DNA from: Curvularia clavata
Lineage: Eukaryota
Direction of reading: 5' to 3'
Assembly (NCBI GenBank): GCA_023920165.1
Contig: CP089278.1
Location: forward strand, 2,356,001-2,420,000
DNA length: 64,000 nucleotides
The notes under the pieces are model-generated. The model was not told the DNA's origin and did no database searches. It saw nothing but the letters and a program-made list of their open reading frames with translations. A program made the translations under genes and the position numbers. Shown here piece after piece: positions 57,043 through 64,000 of this stretch (position 1 is the first letter of the stretch; every line of letters starts with the position of its first letter).

Positions 57043-60000
57043 ATGGACGACCTTCCAGGCACCATCCCAAAGACTGTCAAGAGCCATCCTCGCCGTCCCC
57101 CAGCCCACAAGTCAGTCTCACTGCGACACAGCCCACCACCCACGGCCACAGGAACACGCCCCAAGGAGCAGATCACCAGCCGGAGCTCGCCAACCCTCGC
57201 CAGCGACAAGGCCAACCCGCCCTCGAGTGTGTCGCCACAGCTCACCTCGCTTAAGAACAGCTCGGGAGAGAGCAGTGACGCCGGCCAATGGTTCGAGAAG
57301 ACAAACAACAACGCCAAACAGAGCAAGTCCAGTTTTAATGACAGTAGGTCCTGTCTTGAATCCTCGTCGGCGCTAGACACGTTGCTAATAGGTGCGCTGT
57401 AGATGAACCGCCCTTCTTCCTCCGCAACTCGTCTTCATCCGACACACCACCAGAGCACTCCCATTCTAATGTGACAAACTCCGCAATCCCATACCGTCCT
57501 AGCCTGGGCCACCTAGGTACCGACGGCAGCAGCACCGAGGACTTCCGGAGTGTCATCGACGACCTCACTGTAGCTAACAAGAGACTTAAACAGAGACTGA
57601 AGAAATACGAGAAGCTATATGATGCCCATCTGCAAGAAGAGAAGCTATTCGAGGTCAGGTTCCACGGCCTCCCTGACCACAAGAAGAAGGAGTTGGAAGA
57701 GACGCTACGCAAGTTTGCCTCTGAGCTTGATGATGGGACTGGCAACGACTATGCGCAGACTTCGAACGCCTACACTCCGGCTCTCGACACCCACAACACC
57801 ACCGATTCGTCGACATCACGGTTTGCCGAGTCAGGTTATGCATCCTTGTCGGCATCCGGTCAGAACTCAGCGGGCGCATCCAACCAGGAGAAGGACCGTA
57901 AGATGACTCGATCAGCATACAGCCGCCAGCAACAAAGCATCCAATCATTTCTACACGATATCCCAATGGGTCTGATGCCAAATACCAGGAGCATCCCAAT
58001 GACCGAGAAGTCTAAGAAGAAGACGGTCGTCCAGCGCTTGGAGCAAATCTTTGCTGGCAAGCGATCAGTGCCCGGATCCCACCCACAACCAATGCAACAA
58101 CAAGAGGTTGCCCAGTCAGCTGCAACAGCAGACCGCGAACAACGCGAAGCCACCGGCCAACATTTTAGGCCTGAAGGCCAACGCGAAGCCCGCATCATGT
58201 CTGAACGCGGTGCAGTCGATAGCGATGACGTCAATCAGAGTGAGGTCATTCAAGGATTGTGTCCTACTCTGCATATTGAGGAACATGATTTCGCTGGCTC
58301 AGGTTCTTCTCCCGATCAACGACCAACCCGCCCCCTGGACTTGGACCCTCATCGTGCTCAGATACCAAATGAAAACATGGGTTATATCCGCCATCTTGGT
58401 TTCAGCCCGCCAGACATGGACTCTGGAGAAGCACCCCTCGGCCATGGCTGGATTTACCTCAATCTGCTCATCAACATGGCTCAGCTACACACCCTTAACG
58501 TCACCCCTGAATTCGTCAAGGACGCGCTGCAAGAGTACAGCAATCACCTCGAGATATCCCGTGATGGTCGCAAGATTCGATGGAAAGGCGGTCGCGAGGT
58601 CACGCAACATAGTGGCGAGAGCTCCTCGGAGCACTACAGCAGCTTCTCGCCCAACGAAGCAGGTTCATTATCGCCATTTAAGCGCATGAAGACTGGAACC
58701 AGCGGCAGCGGCAGTGATCCTACCAGCTCTGAGCAGGCAAGGCGACTGGCTCGTTATCAGCGCGAAAAGGAACAAAGCAAGTTTGCCTATAAGCCGCTCT
58801 TCTTCCACAAGGAAGATTCCGACAACGAGGATGACTTTTACGGCTTTGACGCTGATTCGTCAGCAAATTATTCTTACCAGCCACAGAAGACAGGCAACTC
58901 TTCCGGGTTTAGCAGCTCAATCATGCAAAGCTCTTCATCCCGACCAAGGAGGCGTGAGAACGGCCCTATGATTTTTTACACCAAAGCCAAGTTTTGTACT
59001 GATCTCAGCGGTGACAACAACGGGGCATTCTTTACAATGCCCGGTAACTACGAGCCCATCACCAACCAGCCGTTAGGTACGAAATTGAGTCCTCAATTGC
59101 GGGTTGATGCGACTGGTGAACTTGCTGAACGAAAAGGCCTTCTGGACACTTTGGCCATGGAGGGGGAGTCGAACAGCGGCTCTCGCACCGTCTCTAGTGG
59201 AGAGGACATTGGCTTCTCGCCAGAGTCTCTCGAGCGCGACAGCGGGCACAACAGTCCAGAAATCGTCGACTTTGAGGCTTCTGGTGTTGGTGGCGTACAG
59301 CCCGAGGACAATTTCTCTATTCATGTTCGCCGCTCGCAGATACCAACAATGCCGTCTCAGGTCGCCGCCGGGCGTCGTACAAGCTTCTATCCCAAAGCCA
59401 TTCAGGAGGCACTTCGCTCTGAGCATATGCCAATAGAAGTCGAGTCACCACGTTCAAGTCCACAGCGCATTATCCACGAGAAGATCATTTCTGCATCGCG
59501 CAAGGACCTACCCAACTCTACACTCCCCCCAGCCTCCTTCCTTCCCCTCGGCTCCTGTTCCTCAGGCGACGTCGATTCCGAGTTTGCATCCGACGCCTCC
59601 TCCGAACTAGACTCTGACTCATCTGATTGCCCAGCCACGGCCATGCAGATTCTTAACATTGCTCCTGCTCGCACAGATGAATCCGAGATTTCAGACTCTG
59701 ATTGTGATGACAGCGACGATGACAGTGTCGATCTGCTTGCCACCGCTCGCCAGCAAAACCCGAATGCTGTTCGTGCGAGTGAGCGTGAGTATGACGCTGC
59801 GTTGGCCGATCGTTTGGCTGAAGAGATACCTGCTGGTAGCTCGGCGGCGACGGCAGGTGGCGGCAGCGGATTCAACAGCCCTGCTGATGGTGCTCGCGAT
59901 AATTCACAGCGCGAGAACCGAGTCAGCAGGCAAAGCACATCAAGCAGTATGGTGTCTGGTCCTGCAAGATTGAAGCGTGCTAGAACGAGCGATTCGATGA

Positions 60001-60047
60001 ACCCTCAACCGACGAAGAGCCCGAAAACCAGGAGGGCAGAAAAATAG
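57043..60047 (+). CDS. frq: Circadian clock protein FREQUENCY (intron 57344-57402; possible upstream in-frame start 56686)
   Basis: HPRRPPAHKSVSL, EPPFF, EDFRSVIDDLTVANKRLK coiled coil, KKKTVVQRLEQIF, DQRPTRPLDLDP, GWIYLNLLINMAQLHTLNVTPEFV, FCTDLSGD, EASGVGGVQPEDNF, SSAATAGGGSG. Confidence 0.96.
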
Positions 60048-60708
60048 GCTCAATTTGCAAGAGCTTTGTTATGACGGGTTTTTTATAGCCCTGTTAGGGG
60101 TTAAAGGTCTGTGGAGACGGATGGCATTTGATTTTCTCATTTACAATTCTGCGTCTTTGATACCCCAATCTTTCTTTCTTGAAGTCAGTTAGCATGTTGT
60201 ATGCGGCGGGCGAATTGCGGTGGTTACAATTGAACACACAAATAAACCCCGTTTAACATCTCATATCACGTCAACTTGCAGAATTGCTTACAAGCGGTGA
60301 ATTTCTTGAATGTATTGCGAACATTAGGATTGTGTTTTTGAAGTCGGTCAAAGTTACAAATGTGAGCCTATTGAGACTGAGACAGTGATCGAAAAAGTAC
60401 CGAGGCAGTGCTTCTGCGAACGACCACTTTGTGCTAAATCCAAGAGCTGAAGCCTCTCGGTCATTGCACTTCCCTACGCAATCGCCATGTGATCTTGGCT
60501 CGAAAACTGCGTGTGGAGCCGGTATCAATTGTCATACATCGGATTAGCTCGGCGCGTCAAGCTTGCACCAACGGTACGTCATCGTCGCCGATTTCCCGTC
60601 CCACCCGCAAGCACCCGGCCCTTTTCAGAGGGGCCTACATAAAAAAGTTCTGTAGGGCAAGAAAACAAACGTTTCAAGTTATATCGGATTTCTTCTCAGG
60701 TGACGGTT

Positions 60709-62543
60709 ATGCTGTCGAGTCGCGTATCTCAATTGCCATTGGGCATCAGGGAATTGGTGTCTGCAAATATCAAAACGGCGTTACCATTATGTCGGGCTGG
60801 CAGTTTGAAAAGTGGGAAGAGCTTGGATCAAAGGAGATTGATTACGATGGAGCAATTGAATAAAGGCAAAGACAGTATGTACTACGGATCTTCACTACAG
60901 CATTGCTGATCCGAACGTATTTATGCCACAAGCAATCAAAAGCTGACTAGCACATGCCAGATCGAGAGCGCGTAATCATTCTAGGATCAGGCTGGGCCGG
61001 CTTCACCGTCGCCCGCTCTCTCGACTCCTCAAAATATCAAACTGTAGTCGTCTCTCCACGGTCCTACTTTGCTTTTACTCCCCTCCTTGCCTCTACCGCA
61101 GTAGGAACACTGGAATTCAGGACCGCACTGGAACCTATCCGGAGCCGAAGAACTAATGTAGAATTCATGCAGGGCTGGGCCGACGATGTGGATTTCAAGA
61201 ACCGAACCATTACCGTGGAAGAGGCGGTTGATGATCCTAGACAAGGCGTAGCGCTGACGACGGATCGGCATGCAGGGAAAAGCGCGGAACAAAGGGCCTT
61301 GGAGAAGAAGAAGGAAACTAAAGAGGGGAAGATGTTTGAGCTAAGCTACGATAAGTTGATCGTCACAGTGGGTTGCTATAGCCAAACATTTGGCACACCG
61401 GGTGTCAAGGAGCATGCCTTTTTCCTTAAAGATGTCGGCGATGCACGTAGAATCCGGAACCGCGTCCTAGCTTGCTTCGAAGGCGCTGCTCTCCCCACTA
61501 CTCCCGTAGATATGAAGCGGCAACTCTTGAACTTCGCCGTTGTAGGCGGCGGACCAACCGGCATCGAATTCAGCGCTGAGCTGCACGACCTCATCAACGA
61601 AGACATGAAGAGGCTTTACCCGGAACTCATCCAGTACCACAAGATCACCGTGTACGACGTAGCAGAAAAGGTGCTGCCCATGTTTGACAAGAAGCTAGCC
61701 GATTACGCCATGCAAAAGTTCAAGCGTGAGGGCATCGATATCAAGACGAGTCATCATGTCGAGGAGCTGCGTGCCGGCGCGCCCGTTGAGACGAGTAACT
61801 CTGAGAAAGTGGAAGCTTCGCATTTGTACACTCTCAAGGTAAAGGAGCAGGGCGAGATTGGGGTTGGAATGTGTGTATGGAGTAAGTTGCTTTCCCCCCT
61901 TGATTTCCTCTTCATCCTGTGCTGACCAACAACCATAGGCACAGGTTTGATGCAAAATCCATTCGTCCATAACGCCCTCTCCAGCGTCCGCGAAGCCCCT
62001 TCCAACCTCATCCTTCCCTCATCTTCTTCCTCGACCCCCTCTTCCACCGTCAAATGGATCGTCAAAAAAGACCCAAAATCCGGCTCCATCATCACCGACG
62101 ACCATCTGCGCGTGAAACTCGTTCCCGCCCCCTCTTCCTCATCCCAAGAAACCCCTCCAGAGTCCCAAACCGAAGCCATCCACCCCGACGTCTTCGCCCT
62201 CGGCGACTGCGGCATCATCGATTCAACCAGCTACCCAGCAACCGCGCAAGTCGCAAGTCAAAAGGCCTTCTGGCTCTCCAAACAGCTCAATCAGTCTTCG
62301 AACCTATCCGCCACCAAAAAGGGCTTCACGTACCGCGACCTGGGCACGCTGGCATACATTGGGAACTGGAATGCGTTATTCCAAGGAGGAGGCAAGTGGG
62401 GAGGCAGGTTGCAGGGGTATGTGGCGTGGATTATTTGGCGTGGAGCGTATATTACGAGGACTGTGAGCTGGAGGAACAAGGTGTTGGTGCCGGTGTATTG
62501 GGTGGTGAATTGGGTGTTTGGAAGGGACATTACTCGGTTTTAG
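60709..62543 (+). CDS. Type II (alternative) NADH:ubiquinone oxidoreductase (introns 60875-60960, 61882-61938)
   Basis: VIILGSGWAG, FTPLLASTAVGTLE, VVGGGPTGIEFSAEL, VFALGDC, PATAQVASQ, FTYRDLGTLAYIG, WRGAY. Confidence 0.93.
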
Positions 62544-62872
62544 CTACTTGCATGTGACGTTTGAACTTGCTGAGAACAAGTTCAGACATGGTATCTGGCG
62601 CAAATGGGGGGGGGGGGGGGGGGGTCCTATCGACTCAATTCTTAGCATTTCTTCATGTTCATATGCAGTTTCACTGTTACCTACTTGAAAGCAACTTTTC
62701 TTCTCTCCTTGCTGGAAAACATGATTAAAAGGGACATGCGGCTCGAGTAGCCAAAGCAAGCTCAAAGGTTAGGAAAAACAAGTAAATCTAAAATTGGGTA
62801 TCGATATCATATCCTCCTCTACAAACACACATATACAAACGTGAAACCCCCCCCCCCCCCCTTTACGCACTC

Positions 62873-63562
62873 TTACCTCCCCTTCCCCTGTTGCCCCTCC
62901 AAATACCCCAGCACATCACCCGCCCTCTCCAATCTCGCCCTCGTCTCCGGCAACCCCTTATTCAGTCTCTGCAAACCCTGCACCGCCCTCTCCCAATTCC
63001 TCTCCACCTCCTCTTGCCTCTCCAGCGCCTTGACATCGACCTCATCCGCCTCATTCACGACACCCACCCTTTGCAGCATCTCTCGCCACGCAGCCTCGAC
63101 CTCTGCACCATCCGTCTCCCACCTCTGCACAAACGCCTCTGCCGCCGTTTTTCCCGTACTCCTCCTATGCGCACTAATCTTGGCAACGAGCGCATCTCTC
63201 CTCGCCACCGCCGCACTCAACTGCGATCGCAATTTCTCGTCAAAAGCCTCGAATTCTTCTTTTTCAACTAGCGATTCTGCACCTTGGTCCATTCCTACCC
63301 CTGGGTCATTGATGTTCCCCTCAGTCACTACATCGATCCCGTTGATACTGATGTTCTGTCGCATTCCCTGCAGTACCTGTGCGACAAAAGCATCGACAAG
63401 GGTCTCGACGTTGCGGCGGAGGTCATCTGGTTCGTTGGAGGTAGACGAGACGGGAGGGAGGTGCAAGTCTAGTTTTTGAATGGCGGCGGCGCGCAGGCGG
63501 GAGGTGAGGTAGCTGAGGTCGGAGGGGGATTGGAGTTCGATTTTGCGGTGTTGGAGGTCCAT
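62873..63562 (-). CDS. mis14: Kinetochore Mis12-complex subunit Mis14/Nsl1
   Basis: HRKIELQSPSDLSYL, KLDLHLPP, NISING, FEAFDEKLR, LPETRARLERA pattern of Pezizomycotina Mis14; ATG at 63562. Confidence 0.8.
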   Translation of the reverse strand: MDLQHRKIELQSPSDLSYLTSRLRAAAIQKLDLHLPPVSSTSNEPDDLRRNVETLVDAFVAQVLQGMRQNISINGIDVVTEGNINDPGVGMDQGAESLVEKEEFEAFDEKLRSQLSAAVARRDALVAKISAHRRSTGKTAAEAFVQRWETDGAEVEAAWREMLQRVGVVNEADEVDVKALERQEEVERNWERAVQGLQRLNKGLPETRARLERAGDVLGYLEGQQGKGR

Positions 63563-64000
63563 TGCGTTGCTGGAGGAGATGTATGCAAGGAATGTTTGTT
63601 TGCGCTGGATGGGTTGGAGATGGTAGGACTGGTGTATCGTTTCTTGGCCGTAGTGACCTTCAAGATTTTTTATTCCGGGAAGATTCGACGTCCTGGTAGC
63701 ACTTATGTTGAGAAGCGCTAGTAGTGGTGGCCGTTCTACACTCCCAGGCTTTGTTGTGGTGTTTGTGTTGTTTGCGACGCGGAACATGCAACGGACGCGA
63801 CTTTGCCAGCGCCCGCTCTAATCGATAAGGCGTTATCCGGACCGAGGTGTGGGGCCAGTGCATCCGCGCCTCCACCACCGCGAGATGAGACAGCATCGCG
63901 GACACAATGAAGACGTTGATTAAAAGTTTAGTTATGCAGAGTGTTTAATTGATGAGTGCATATATGTGTTTGTGTGTTCAAAGAGCGCCAATCAAGTGGC

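Noticed and set aside
1..64000. CRISPR arrays, prokaryotic operons, intact mobile elements, tRNA genes
   Set aside because: None seen; the sequence is eukaryotic with spliceosomal introns and has no repeat-spacer arrays

Overview
Gene-dense, intron-containing nuclear DNA of a filamentous ascomycete (gene content and short GT-AG introns with CTRAC branch sites suggest Dothideomycetes/Pleosporales; this taxonomy is inference). About 26 protein-coding genes are supportable, including alternative oxidase, a spliced acylphosphatase missed by the ORF track, Kar9/MigA, Mpe1, Nma111, CutC, arginase, Cmr1, Coq9, the circadian clock gene frq, a type II NADH dehydrogenase and Mis14/Nsl1, plus a dispersed 5S rRNA gene. 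Two things stand out: (1) an unannotated ~270-nt, extensively base-paired, Pol III-type non-coding RNA gene at 46720-46991 (minus strand; TATA at -30, A/B-box-like motifs, paired ends, T10 terminator) that I cannot assign to a known family; (2) a three-gene nitrogen-catabolic cluster (triuret/biuret-hydrolase-like cysteine hydrolase fused to an allophanate-hydrolase-type amidase, NCS1 permease, Dal81/TamA-like Zn2Cys6 factor) with GATA sites in its divergent promoter. Exon boundaries were read by hand; no database search was run.
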